64,000 nt of DNA, from NCBI GenBank assembly GCA_965279375.1, contig OZ257156.1, positions 2,592,001 through 2,656,000 on the forward strand, read 5' to 3'. Below the pieces are notes generated by a model. The model was given only the letters and a program-made list of their open reading frames with translations. It was not told the DNA's origin and searched no databases. The stretch comes from Gemmatimonas sp. (GTDB lineage Bacteria; Gemmatimonadota; Gemmatimonadetes; Gemmatimonadales; Gemmatimonadaceae). Position numbers and translations under genes: made by a program. Positions 39,847-49,077 of the stretch are shown piece by piece; the stretch's first letter is position 1; each line of letters begins with the position of its first letter.

Positions 39847-41265
39847 ATGAACACGCGCGCGGACAATTGGCGGATGGAGAATCGGCGGACGGAGCACCGT
39901 CGAACGGCGTACCTCGCGCGCTGGGTGCTCCCCATCTCGACGCCACCCATCCGGGACGGCGTCGTCATCGTCGATGGCGATCGCATCGAGGCAGTCGGTC
40001 GCCAAGTGGATCTGGTTGGCTCGGTGAGCAGCGCGCAGGTGTTGGATCTGGGTGAGGCCGCGCTGTTGCCCGGTCTGGTCAATGCGCACACGCACCTCGA
40101 ACTCACCGCGATGCGCGGTTTCCTCGAGGGACTCGATTTTCGCGAGTGGCTGCGTATCCTCACGCTCGCGCGCCGCGACTGCTTCGACGCGGACTCGCTG
40201 CGCGACGCCTGTCGGTTCGGGCTGCTCGAAGCGCTCTCGCAAGGCATCACCTGCTGCGCCGATACCACCGAGTCGGGACAGTCCATTCACGCCATGCACG
40301 AGTATGGCGTGCGCGGCGTGGGGTACGTGGAGGTCTTCGGCCCGGATCCCGCGCAGTGCGACGGCTCGATCGAGGGGCTCAAGCGAGCGGTGAACGCACT
40401 ACGTCCAAACGACACGGCGCTCGTGCGTACCGGCGTTTCGCCGCACGCACCGTACACCGTCTCTGCCGACCTCTTTCGCGCCACAGCGCAGTGGGCACGC
40501 GACGAAGCGCTGCCGGTGGCTGTGCACATCGCCGAAAGCGCGGCGGAGACGGAGTTCGTGCGCGATGGCACGGGGCCGTTCGCCGACCGCCTGCGCGCTC
40601 GCAACATCGCGGTGACACCCCAGGCGCGTTCGCCCATCGCGTTGCTGCACGACACGGGCATCCTTGGCACGCAGCCCCTGCTCATTCACGCCATTCAGGT
40701 CGGTGGCGAGGATCTCGATCTTGTCCTCGAGCACGGCGCCACCATCGTCCACTGCCCGATCTCCAACGCGAAGCTGGGGCAGGGGATCGCGCCGGTCGAG
40801 CGCATGCGGGCGAGGCGCATCCCCCTCGGACTGGGCACCGACTCCGTCGCCAGCAACGATCGGATGGATCTGCTCAGCGAGGCGCGTCAGGCGGCGCTCT
40901 TTCAGGCGCTTCAGTTGAGCACCCCCGACGCACTCTCCGCACACGAAGCACTGGCCCTGGCCACCATCGGCGGCGCACGCGCGCTGGGACTCGGAGATCA
41001 GGTTGGCACGCTGGAAGTCGGAAAACAGGCCGACCTCGCCGCCTTCCCACTCTCGCACCCGTTCGCGACCCCGGTCCATGATCCCGCCGTTGCACTGGTG
41101 CATGTGCTGGCGGGTGTGGTCAGCGCCTCGCTCGTGACCGTGTCGGGTGAGGTGTTGGTGCGTGACGGTGTGGTCCTGCGCGGAGATGATGGCCTCGCAC
41201 GACGCATTGCCGACCTGGGCGAGCGGCTGCGGACGTGGCGATTGGAGCACGTCAGGCCATCCTGA
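39847..41265 (+). CDS. Amidohydrolase (MTA/SAH deaminase-like)
   Basis: PGLVNAHTH, SPHAPY, HIAES, HCP.SN, LGTD, G.LEVGK.AD. Confidence 0.9.
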   Translation: MNTRADNWRMENRRTEHRRTAYLARWVLPISTPPIRDGVVIVDGDRIEAVGRQVDLVGSVSSAQVLDLGEAALLPGLVNAHTHLELTAMRGFLEGLDFREWLRILTLARRDCFDADSLRDACRFGLLEALSQGITCCADTTESGQSIHAMHEYGVRGVGYVEVFGPDPAQCDGSIEGLKRAVNALRPNDTALVRTGVSPHAPYTVSADLFRATAQWARDEALPVAVHIAESAAETEFVRDGTGPFADRLRARNIAVTPQARSPIALLHDTGILGTQPLLIHAIQVGGEDLDLVLEHGATIVHCPISNAKLGQGIAPVERMRARRIPLGLGTDSVASNDRMDLLSEARQAALFQALQLSTPDALSAHEALALATIGGARALGLGDQVGTLEVGKQADLAAFPLSHPFATPVHDPAVALVHVLAGVVSASLVTVSGEVLVRDGVVLRGDDGLARRIADLGERLRTWRLEHVRPS

Positions 41266-41377
41266 CGACGGGCGATCGCAGACTTCGGCGAGACGGAATC
41301 GCGACCTGTGGCCAGTGGCGGCGCGGCCGACCCGCCGTGTATCGTTCGGCGTACCCTCAGCGCGTGGACTGACTTAC

Positions 41378-42322
41378 ATGGCAGCAGCATCCGGCCGGAC
41401 GGAACTCATCTGGCGCGACGGTGAACTTGTCGCGTGGAACGACGCGCGCATTCACGTGATGTCGCACGTCGTGCACTACGGCTCGAGCGTCTTCGAGGGC
41501 GTACGCGTCTACGAGACGCCCAAGGGGCCGACCATCTTGCGCGCGCGTGAGCACATGCGCCGCCTGCACGATTCGGCGCGTATTTACCGCATGCCGATGC
41601 GCTGGTCGGTGGATGAACTGGTCAAGGCCGCGGCCGACACGGTCAAAGCCAACGGTCTTCCGCACTGCTACCTCCGGCCGGTCGTGTTGCGCACCGGTGA
41701 AGAGATGGGCGTGCTGGGCACCAATGCACCAACCGAAACGTTCGTGATCGCGTGGAACTGGGGCGCCTACTTGGGCGGCACGGCTCTCGAGCAGGGCGTC
41801 GATGTCTGCGTCTCCAGCTGGCGTCGCGCTGCGCCGAGTACGTTCCCGACCATGGCGAAGGCAGGTGGCAACTACCTGAATTCGCAGCTGACCAAGATGG
41901 AAGCGCGGCTCGATGGATACGCCGAAGGGATCATGCTCGACTCCAGCGGCCTGATCTCCGAAGGCAGCGGTGAGAACCTGTTCGTGGTCCGCGACGGCGT
42001 GCTCTACACCACGCCCATGGGTGCCGGTATCCTGAGCGGCATCACGCGCGACTCGATCATCAAGATCGCGCATGATCTGCAGCTGCCGGTCAGCGAGCAG
42101 GCGCTTCCGCGTGAAATGCTGTATGTGGCCGATGAGTTGTTCTTCTGCGGCACGGCGGCGGAACTCACGCCGATCCGCTCCGTCGACCACATTCAGGTTG
42201 GTGAGGGGAAACCGGGTCCGATCACCCGCGCGATTCAGGACGAATACCTTGGCATCGCCAAAGGCAGGAGACCTGATCGGCACGGCTGGCTCACCTTCGT
42301 TGGCGAAGGCGCCACCGGTTGA
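41378..42322 (+). CDS. ilvE: Branched-chain amino acid aminotransferase
   Basis: HYG..VFEG.R.Y, AKAGGNY, EGSGENLF, L.GITR, GTAAE. Confidence 0.95.
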   Translation: MAAASGRTELIWRDGELVAWNDARIHVMSHVVHYGSSVFEGVRVYETPKGPTILRAREHMRRLHDSARIYRMPMRWSVDELVKAAADTVKANGLPHCYLRPVVLRTGEEMGVLGTNAPTETFVIAWNWGAYLGGTALEQGVDVCVSSWRRAAPSTFPTMAKAGGNYLNSQLTKMEARLDGYAEGIMLDSSGLISEGSGENLFVVRDGVLYTTPMGAGILSGITRDSIIKIAHDLQLPVSEQALPREMLYVADELFFCGTAAELTPIRSVDHIQVGEGKPGPITRAIQDEYLGIAKGRRPDRHGWLTFVGEGATG

Positions 42323-42332
42323 TCGACCGCTC

Positions 42333-42382
42333 AATCCCCGCTGCTTGCTCAACGGCGCCATGCCGACGCGACAGCGGGGATT
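42333..42382 (+). terminator. Stem-loop after ilvE (possible terminator)
   Basis: AATCCCCGCTG...CAGCGGGGATT 11-bp stem with an inner CGGC/GCCG hairpin; weak U tract. Confidence 0.45.
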
Positions 42383-42487
42383 CGCTTTGATGCACTTGTT
42401 GGGACGCAGTAGATCGCTTGCTCGCTGCACTGTCTGACGGAATTCGCGCAACAGAACCGTGTCGAACTTCAGAAGGGAGGATAGGGC

Positions 42488-43120
42488 GTGATCGCCGGAT
42501 GTCTCGCACTGAATGCGTCGTACGAGCCTCTCACGATGGTGCCGCTTCGGCGCGCACTGCGACTCGTGATCGATGGCAAGGCGGAGATCGTGGAAGCGGA
42601 AACCGGACGCCCGGTGCGCTCGGAGCGCTCGGCATTTCCGCGTCCCGCCGTCATTCGACTCACGCGCTTCGTTCACGTGCCGCGCCGGTTCCGCCGGCAG
42701 GTCACCAACACGTTCCTTTTTGCGCGCGACGACTACCAGTGCCAGTACTGCGGGCGCACGGCCGTCGAGCTCAAGCCGCGTGAAGCGCTCACCCGCGATC
42801 ATCTCATCCCGATCTCGCGCGGTGGCCTCAACGAGTGGACCAACGTCGTCACGGCGTGCAGCCCCTGCAACACGCGGAAGGCCAATCGCCTCCCCGACGA
42901 AATCGGCATGCACCCCATGCACGCGCCCGCTGAGCCGCATTTCGTGCACCTGAGCTGGGCCGTACGTCGCCTCACTCCCATTCAGGCGCAGTACATCCGC
43001 GTCTTCTACGGCGAGGCCACGCTGCGTCAGCTCGAGGAACTCGAGCGCGCCACCACCCGTGGAGCGTCCGGTCGCCTCGTGCACGCCACCGCGCCCGTGA
43101 TCGCGCCGGAACTCCCGTAG
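42488..43120 (+). CDS. HNH endonuclease (McrA/HNH_5-like)
   Basis: L.LNASYEPL, RD.YQCQYCG, T.DH.IP.SRGG...W.N.V.AC..CN..K; strong GGGAGG SD. Confidence 0.92.
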   Translation: MIAGCLALNASYEPLTMVPLRRALRLVIDGKAEIVEAETGRPVRSERSAFPRPAVIRLTRFVHVPRRFRRQVTNTFLFARDDYQCQYCGRTAVELKPREALTRDHLIPISRGGLNEWTNVVTACSPCNTRKANRLPDEIGMHPMHAPAEPHFVHLSWAVRRLTPIQAQYIRVFYGEATLRQLEELERATTRGASGRLVHATAPVIAPELP

Positions 43121-43138
43121 CGGCCTAACCGTCGACTG

Positions 43139-43813
43139 TCAGAAGACGATAGTCGGCGAGCGCGATTCGAGGTGGCGCACTTCGCCGCCCAGCAAACGGG
43201 TGACCAGCGTCCGCACGCCGGCGCCCACAGCGCCGCCGGGGTTCTTCCGTCCTTGCACCGCCGGACGAATCTCCCCGCGCAACCACCGCTGCACCTCGTC
43301 GAGATCACTCATCTCGACAGTCTGCACATCCACCTGCACCACGATGTAGCCGCGGCGCCCGCGCGAGGGCACGCGAAGCTCAGGTGTGTACGCCAACTCG
43401 CTCGCGGCCACCGCATCGCCGAATGCCGCGTAGCTCCCTAACGGCGTGATGCGATCCTTCGTAATGCGCGCCACGTCATAGCTGCGGTCGATCAGATCGT
43501 AGCGCACGATTACGTCCCACTCGTCGCGCGAAAACAGATCGTCGAACCAGCGCCCCAGCGTCCAGAGTTCAGAGCGGACGTGCAGCCGCGCCGGAAATCC
43601 GTTGCGCAGCAACTCGCCAAACGGCTTGTCGGACAGAACGGACCGCACCGCAACCGCCGGAGCCGCAGGCGACGTGGACGGTGCGATGTCCACGCGCGGC
43701 ACCCCCTGTGCCTGCAGCGGTGCCGACAGCACCGATGTAGAACAGGCGAGAACCAACGTCGCGATCCATACGCGCGCGCGAATCCACCGCCGCGAAGTCG
43801 AACGCGTCGGCAC
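43139..43813 (-). CDS. Exported DUF4390-like protein
   Basis: Signal peptide; 'L.NG.P.......L....W.D..........YD.....Y' pattern; last gene of the two-component operon. Confidence 0.5.
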   Translation of the reverse strand: MPTRSTSRRWIRARVWIATLVLACSTSVLSAPLQAQGVPRVDIAPSTSPAAPAVAVRSVLSDKPFGELLRNGFPARLHVRSELWTLGRWFDDLFSRDEWDVIVRYDLIDRSYDVARITKDRITPLGSYAAFGDAVAASELAYTPELRVPSRGRRGYIVVQVDVQTVEMSDLDEVQRWLRGEIRPAVQGRKNPGGAVGAGVRTLVTRLLGGEVRHLESRSPTIVF

Positions 43814-43836
43814 GCGGTACTGTCGCGGACGAAGGC

Positions 43837-45654
43837 TCAGAACCGGTGCCCCAGGCGCACGTATACGTTCGGCTTGAGACCACCCTTCGAGACGGCCTGC
43901 GCCACGTACACACCGAAGTCACCAAAGTCGAAGCCGCCGCCGAGATCCGTGCGCCAAGTCCCGATCTCGGGCACGTCCGACAGACCAAATCGCAGCGTGG
44001 GATCCGTGCCGTGCAGCAACCATCCACGACCGCTGTTCGCAAACACGACCCACGCACCATCGGCACTGTAGTGACTCGTCGCGCGCCGACGATCGCCAAA
44101 CCAATCGCGATCGCCGAACAGGCGAATGCGGAAATCACCTCGCCACTCCGCCTGCACCAACAGCATGCGCTCACACTGCGCCGGTCGGCCCAGCTGCACG
44201 TACGCGGCGTTGTCGCCGGTCGCGCACGTACCCACGTCGGCCGCGTCGAGTGAACGTCGGAAGTCGAACCCAGGCAACGCATCGATCCCACTCACGGACA
44301 CCCGTCGCTGCAACGGCAGTGCATCGCCGCCAACCCAGCCGCCCAATACCGCGCGAAGGTTGAGCTGCGCGCCGGGGGCCAGTCGGTTATAGCGCCGCAG
44401 GTCCAACAGCCCTCGCGAATACTCCACCTCGCCGATCGTCGCATCTCGCACGCCCGGTGTGGTCGGCGCGATCCGACTCAGACGCCCGCTCCCGCGCTCC
44501 ATCTGCGCGAACAACAGCCAACCGGAATTGGGCGTGGCCGCATTGTTGCGCGTATCGATCGTCGCGGTCACCGTCGCCAGATGCAGCACGCCCTCGTCAC
44601 TCGCCGGATTCGCTCGCCACGGCTTGTCGTCCGTCAGCGACCACACTCCCCGCGCGGTTCGGGACGTCCAGCGCTCTTCGCCATACTCGGCACGGAGCTC
44701 GTTGCCGCGTCCTGCGAAGAGCGCCACATGCGCAGACGCACCGTGCCGCTGCCAGTAGTCGCGATAGTCACGCGCCGCCAGGAACGTCGCCAAGCCGATC
44801 TCACGCTCCGTCAGCTGCCACTGCTCCATCGGATCGATCACGTCGAACAGGCGTCCACCCACCTTCACACCCGCACGTTCGCCACGCTGCACCTCGAGCA
44901 AGGCGCGGTGCCCGCGATTCGCCGGTGTCCATTCCAGCCGTTCACCGGTACGTACCACGCCGAACAGTTCCACAATCGCGCGTGTCTTCCCAGACACCGC
45001 ACGCAGGCGCGGACCGATGTAGATCGGCAACCCTTCGACGCGGTTGTACGTGTGCGCCGACGTGAGAAAGAGCTCGCTGTGCGTGCCATCATTCGTCGGC
45101 TTCCATCGTGAAAGCCTCGTGAAAAGCTCCCGCTCCGCATCGGCCGTCAGCGTGTCTCCCGACTCGCGATACTTGAGGCGCGCCGACCAGATGCGTACAT
45201 CGCCGCCGACTGAGGCCGACGCGGGCGCCGTCAACGTGCCTCCCACGATCGTGAGGGTCCCGCCGACTCGGGCGTCGCCTGCGACGGACACGTCGCTGTT
45301 GATCGCGAAGAGCTGCCCAAGTACCACGCCGTTGATGCGCGCACGCCCCTCGAGCACCGCGAGATCGCCACGCACCGTGTCGCCCACGGCAATCGACACC
45401 TCGCCACGAACCCGGCGCGTGCGCGGCGAATTCCAGAGCGCGACCGCTTCCTGCGCCACCTCATGCGGGACGCTGCCCAGACGACGTTCATCGGTGCGCA
45501 GCTCGCTACCGCTCGCCGGTCGGGCCTGCGCGACAAGACGCGCAGGCCAACTCAGGACGGGCAGGCACAGCGCGCACAGCACGACGGCGACGACGCCATC
45601 GCGTAGACCTAGCGCTGGATGAACGGAAGATGTTGGAGCGAGTCGAGGCGGCAT
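43837..45654 (-). CDS. Putative outer-membrane protein: beta-helix-like N-terminus plus Omp85-like beta-barrel
   Basis: Signal peptide, V.G.V/L repeats, YNRVEGL, DLRRYN, terminal VYVRLGHRF beta-signal. Confidence 0.7.
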   Translation of the reverse strand: MPPRLAPTSSVHPALGLRDGVVAVVLCALCLPVLSWPARLVAQARPASGSELRTDERRLGSVPHEVAQEAVALWNSPRTRRVRGEVSIAVGDTVRGDLAVLEGRARINGVVLGQLFAINSDVSVAGDARVGGTLTIVGGTLTAPASASVGGDVRIWSARLKYRESGDTLTADAERELFTRLSRWKPTNDGTHSELFLTSAHTYNRVEGLPIYIGPRLRAVSGKTRAIVELFGVVRTGERLEWTPANRGHRALLEVQRGERAGVKVGGRLFDVIDPMEQWQLTEREIGLATFLAARDYRDYWQRHGASAHVALFAGRGNELRAEYGEERWTSRTARGVWSLTDDKPWRANPASDEGVLHLATVTATIDTRNNAATPNSGWLLFAQMERGSGRLSRIAPTTPGVRDATIGEVEYSRGLLDLRRYNRLAPGAQLNLRAVLGGWVGGDALPLQRRVSVSGIDALPGFDFRRSLDAADVGTCATGDNAAYVQLGRPAQCERMLLVQAEWRGDFRIRLFGDRDWFGDRRRATSHYSADGAWVVFANSGRGWLLHGTDPTLRFGLSDVPEIGTWRTDLGGGFDFGDFGVYVAQAVSKGGLKPNVYVRLGHRF

Positions 45655-45700
45655 CGTCGTCACTCTGCGGAGGGAGAAGCGGTGTAGTACACCCACGGCA

Positions 45701-47086
45701 TCACTCGTTCGCGGTCGCAATGCCGAGTCGGCGCATGCGCCGATAGAGATTGGGACGATCGGTCTGGAGGCGTCGCGCAGCCTCGGCAACGCTACCGTCC
45801 GACTCTGCCAATGCGGCCGCAATGAGTCGGCGCTCATAGTCGTCGAGCGCATCGCTCAGTGCGAGCCCGGTGATCGCCGGAACGTCCGCGGCCATCGCGA
45901 CCGGATCGGCGCGCTCTCCCGCCGCCAACGGCAGCACGGAACGCACTTGTAGGTCGCCGATCTCCGCTCCGGCGTGCAGAATCGCCAGCCGTTCCACCAC
46001 GTTCGCCAGTTCGCGCACGTTCCCAGGCCAGCGATAGTCGGCCAGCATGGCCAGCGCATTCTCACGCCACCGCACGAGCGGCTGCCCGGTGCGACTGCGG
46101 TGCCGATCGGAAAAATGACGCACGAGCGAGGGCAGGTCACCGGGACGCTCGCGCAGCGGCGGCAGCGAGATCGGGATCACGTTCAGTCGAAAGAACAGAT
46201 CCTCGCGGAAGCTGCCGTCGGCGACGGCGCGCGTCAGATCCTTGTTGGTCGCCGCCAGAATCCGCACGTCGACCTTGATCGGCTTGCCGCCGCCCACGCG
46301 CTCGATTTCCCGCGCCTCGATGGCGCGCAGCAGCTTCGCCTGCGCCTCTGCACCCAGATCGCCTACTTCGTCGAGGAACAGCGTGCCCGTATGCGCCAGC
46401 TCAAAGCGACCAAGCCGCCGCTCGGTAGCGCCGGTAAAGGCGCCACGCTCGTGCCCGAACATCTCGCTTTCCACAAGATCGCGTGGAATCGCCGCACAAT
46501 TCACGCGCACGAACGGTCGATCGCGACGCGGACTTCCCACGTGCAGCGCCGCAGCGACCAGCTCCTTTCCTGTGCCTGACTCGCCCGTGATCAGCACTCG
46601 CGCGTCCGTCGGCCCGACGCGCGCAATCATTGCGCGCACATCGCGCATCGCTGGCGAGTCCCCGATCATCTCGCCGGAAATTCCCAGGTCTTCGCGCAGC
46701 GCCTGCGCCGCGCGTCGCGCCTGTCGCAACTCGAACGCGGACGCGAGCGCGAGCAGCACACCTTCCGGCGTGAGTGGCTTCTCGAGAAAGGTGAAGGCAC
46801 CCAGCTTCGTCGCACGCACCGCGTCCGTCAGCGCCGCGCGCCCACTCATCATCACCACCGGCAAGTCCGGACGTCGCTCGCGCAACCGTGCCAGGAGCGC
46901 CAGTCCATCCAGTTCGCCCGGCATCATCAAATCCACCAGCGCCACATCCGGCTCGATGGCGTTCGCCATCGCCAGTCCCGCCGCACCGTCCGCTGCATCA
47001 CGCACGTCATAGCCTTCGCCGGCGAGCAGCGCGGCAACCATCCGCCGAATGTTCGGCTCGTCATCGACAATCAGGACGCTCGGCAT
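45701..47086 (-). CDS. sigma54-dependent response regulator (REC-AAA+-Fis HTH; NtrC/NtrX-like)
   Basis: VDDE, GESGTGKE, intact GAFTGA, FLDEVG, WPGNVREL, C-terminal HTH. Confidence 0.96.
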   Translation of the reverse strand: MPSVLIVDDEPNIRRMVAALLAGEGYDVRDAADGAAGLAMANAIEPDVALVDLMMPGELDGLALLARLRERRPDLPVVMMSGRAALTDAVRATKLGAFTFLEKPLTPEGVLLALASAFELRQARRAAQALREDLGISGEMIGDSPAMRDVRAMIARVGPTDARVLITGESGTGKELVAAALHVGSPRRDRPFVRVNCAAIPRDLVESEMFGHERGAFTGATERRLGRFELAHTGTLFLDEVGDLGAEAQAKLLRAIEAREIERVGGGKPIKVDVRILAATNKDLTRAVADGSFREDLFFRLNVIPISLPPLRERPGDLPSLVRHFSDRHRSRTGQPLVRWRENALAMLADYRWPGNVRELANVVERLAILHAGAEIGDLQVRSVLPLAAGERADPVAMAADVPAITGLALSDALDDYERRLIAAALAESDGSVAEAARRLQTDRPNLYRRMRRLGIATANE

Positions 47087-47133
47087 CAGCGCGGCATCAC
47101 TGCGGCCAACGCGTGACGCGCCAGCACGAACGG

Positions 47134-47784
47134 TTAGTCATGACTGGGCTCCGTCTTTTCTCGCTCGGCACGCGAGGCAAACTCACGGGCAGGGGACTGT
47201 GACCGTTCGGTGAGCACGCGCGTGGTGAAGCGCTGCGCTTCACTCATACGCTCAACCTCTTCGGCGATGGATTCGACGGCGCGCTCGATCGCCTGCAAAC
47301 GACGCGCGTTCTCGGCGTCCGCAGGCGACGACGCGGTGCGGCGTTCCAACAGATGCATCACGATACGGAAGACCGGTGCCCCGAGAGCGATCAGCAGCAA
47401 CGCCATCAGAACGCTGTTGTCAAAAATCGAGCGCCTGACAGGCATCTCGCGCTCTCGTCCCGGAGGTCCGTTCGTATACGCCGGCAGTATGCGCCGACCG
47501 CCAACAGCGACGCCATCCTTGTCCATCACGATGGTCGTGCTGCCGCCTTTCCCGTCGGGGATCGTGATGGTGCGCTGCCCCTGCGCGTCCTGGGACACGA
47601 GCATCGCGGGGACATCTTTCGACACACCGGCCTTCGTAGCCGCCTCCGACTGCTGCCGATCCGCCGCATCGAGCCTCGCGTGCAGCGCTTCGCGTTTGGA
47701 CTCACTCGCTGCACTGTTCGCGAACTGCGTATTGGACGGCACCTGCGCGCCGGTCTGTGTCCCGCTCTGCGCCTGCAAGATCAC
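47134..47784 (-). CDS. Hypothetical single-TM coiled-coil protein, paralogue 3
   Basis: Shares RL..IE..V..IA.EVER.SE.QRF...L.ER with its two neighbours. Confidence 0.8.
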   Translation of the reverse strand: MILQAQSGTQTGAQVPSNTQFANSAASESKREALHARLDAADRQQSEAATKAGVSKDVPAMLVSQDAQGQRTITIPDGKGGSTTIVMDKDGVAVGGRRILPAYTNGPPGREREMPVRRSIFDNSVLMALLLIALGAPVFRIVMHLLERRTASSPADAENARRLQAIERAVESIAEEVERMSEAQRFTTRVLTERSQSPAREFASRAEREKTEPSHD

Positions 47785-48410
47785 GCGCGCGGCACCGTCG
47801 CGCGGTCAGCTGCCGCCACGAAGTCGCCAGCAGGTGCCTGCGCACGTTCCGCCAGCAGCTTGGCAGCAAAACGCTGTCCCTCGCCCATGCGCTCCATCTC
47901 GACGGCGACGGTCTCCACGGCCTGCTCGATTCTATCGAGTCGCTGCAGCACCGGTGCCGAAACCACGGGCGCTGCCGTGCGGCGATCGAGCCATCGCGCG
48001 AACGCGCGCACCATCGGGATACCAAGCACGATGACGACCGCAGCGAAGGACACATCCTTTACAATCTCAAGCACACCAGGCGGCACATCGCGGCTTTCGC
48101 GCGCGGGAGCGGTCGACGCGGTCACGTCGCCCACACGCACACCCTCTGGGCCGATCGTGATCAGCGTCGTGCCGCCTCGTCCGTCGGGTACGGAGAACAC
48201 TCGCGTCGATCCACCGGGGCCGTCGTTGGTGGTCACGAGCGTGGGATTGCCTTCCTGGCTGGTCGCGATGTCTCGCGCCGCATCCGCGTTGGCGCGTGCG
48301 TCAGCGGCCGTGGCACGTGCCTGCTCTGCGGCCTGCTGCGCCTGAACCGCTCCCTGCTCTGCGGACTGGCTGGCCTGTTGCGCCGCGTCGCGCGCGTTCT
48401 GCGTGATCAT
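47781..48410 (-). CDS. Hypothetical single-TM coiled-coil protein, paralogue 2
   Basis: GIPMVRAFARWLDRR...RLDRIEQAVETVAVEMERMGEGQRFAAKLLAER. Confidence 0.85.
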   Translation of the reverse strand: MITQNARDAAQQASQSAEQGAVQAQQAAEQARATAADARANADAARDIATSQEGNPTLVTTNDGPGGSTRVFSVPDGRGGTTLITIGPEGVRVGDVTASTAPARESRDVPPGVLEIVKDVSFAAVVIVLGIPMVRAFARWLDRRTAAPVVSAPVLQRLDRIEQAVETVAVEMERMGEGQRFAAKLLAERAQAPAGDFVAAADRATVPRA

Positions 48411-48447
48411 GTGCTGGCCTCCGGATGACCCAAAGTCGTGGATACGC

Positions 48448-49077
48448 TCATCGCCGCGTCTGCTCCACCGGTACGCGCTCGGCGGGAGCGCCCATCGGCA
48501 TCTGGGGCCGCTCGCTCAACAGCTTGTTGGTGAAGCGCTGTCCTTCGCTCACGCGCTCCAGCTCCACCGCAACTGTGTCGATGTTGCGTTCCATTGCGTC
48601 GAGTCGCGCCTGCACGTCGGCGGAGAGCGACGTGGACTGCTTGGAGAACGTGTTCCGACGGTCGAGCCAGCGCGCAAACGCGCGCGCGATCGGTGTGCCC
48701 ACGACGAGCAACACCAGCGTGGCCATGCTCGCATAGGCCAGGTCGGTCACGCCACGCGGAATCACCTGATTGATCGGAATAGTGGTGCTCCCCTGACCAT
48801 CCTGACTCACGTGAATTCCTTGACCATCCACGCTGATCTGGATGTCGTCTCCGCCATCGGTCGGAATCACGATCGTGCCGGGCGCACGCGCCGGACCGCC
48901 ACCTTGCGCGTCGGCGCCGCGCGCTGCGCGAGCTGCATCACGCGCCTGGTTCGCCGCCTGTCGCGCCTGATTCGCTGCGTCGCGCGCCGCCTGATTCGCG
49001 TCGTTGATGGCCTCGCGCACCTGTTGCTGCACGTCGCTCTGTCGACTGCTCGACTGACTGGTGGTGCGCATGCTCAT
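48448..49077 (-). CDS. Hypothetical single-TM coiled-coil protein, paralogue 1
   Basis: GTPIARAFARWLDRR...RLDAMERNIDTVAVELERVSEGQRFTNKLLSER; ATGA overlap with the kinase stop. Confidence 0.85.
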   Translation of the reverse strand: MSMRTTSQSSSRQSDVQQQVREAINDANQAARDAANQARQAANQARDAARAARGADAQGGGPARAPGTIVIPTDGGDDIQISVDGQGIHVSQDGQGSTTIPINQVIPRGVTDLAYASMATLVLLVVGTPIARAFARWLDRRNTFSKQSTSLSADVQARLDAMERNIDTVAVELERVSEGQRFTNKLLSERPQMPMGAPAERVPVEQTRR

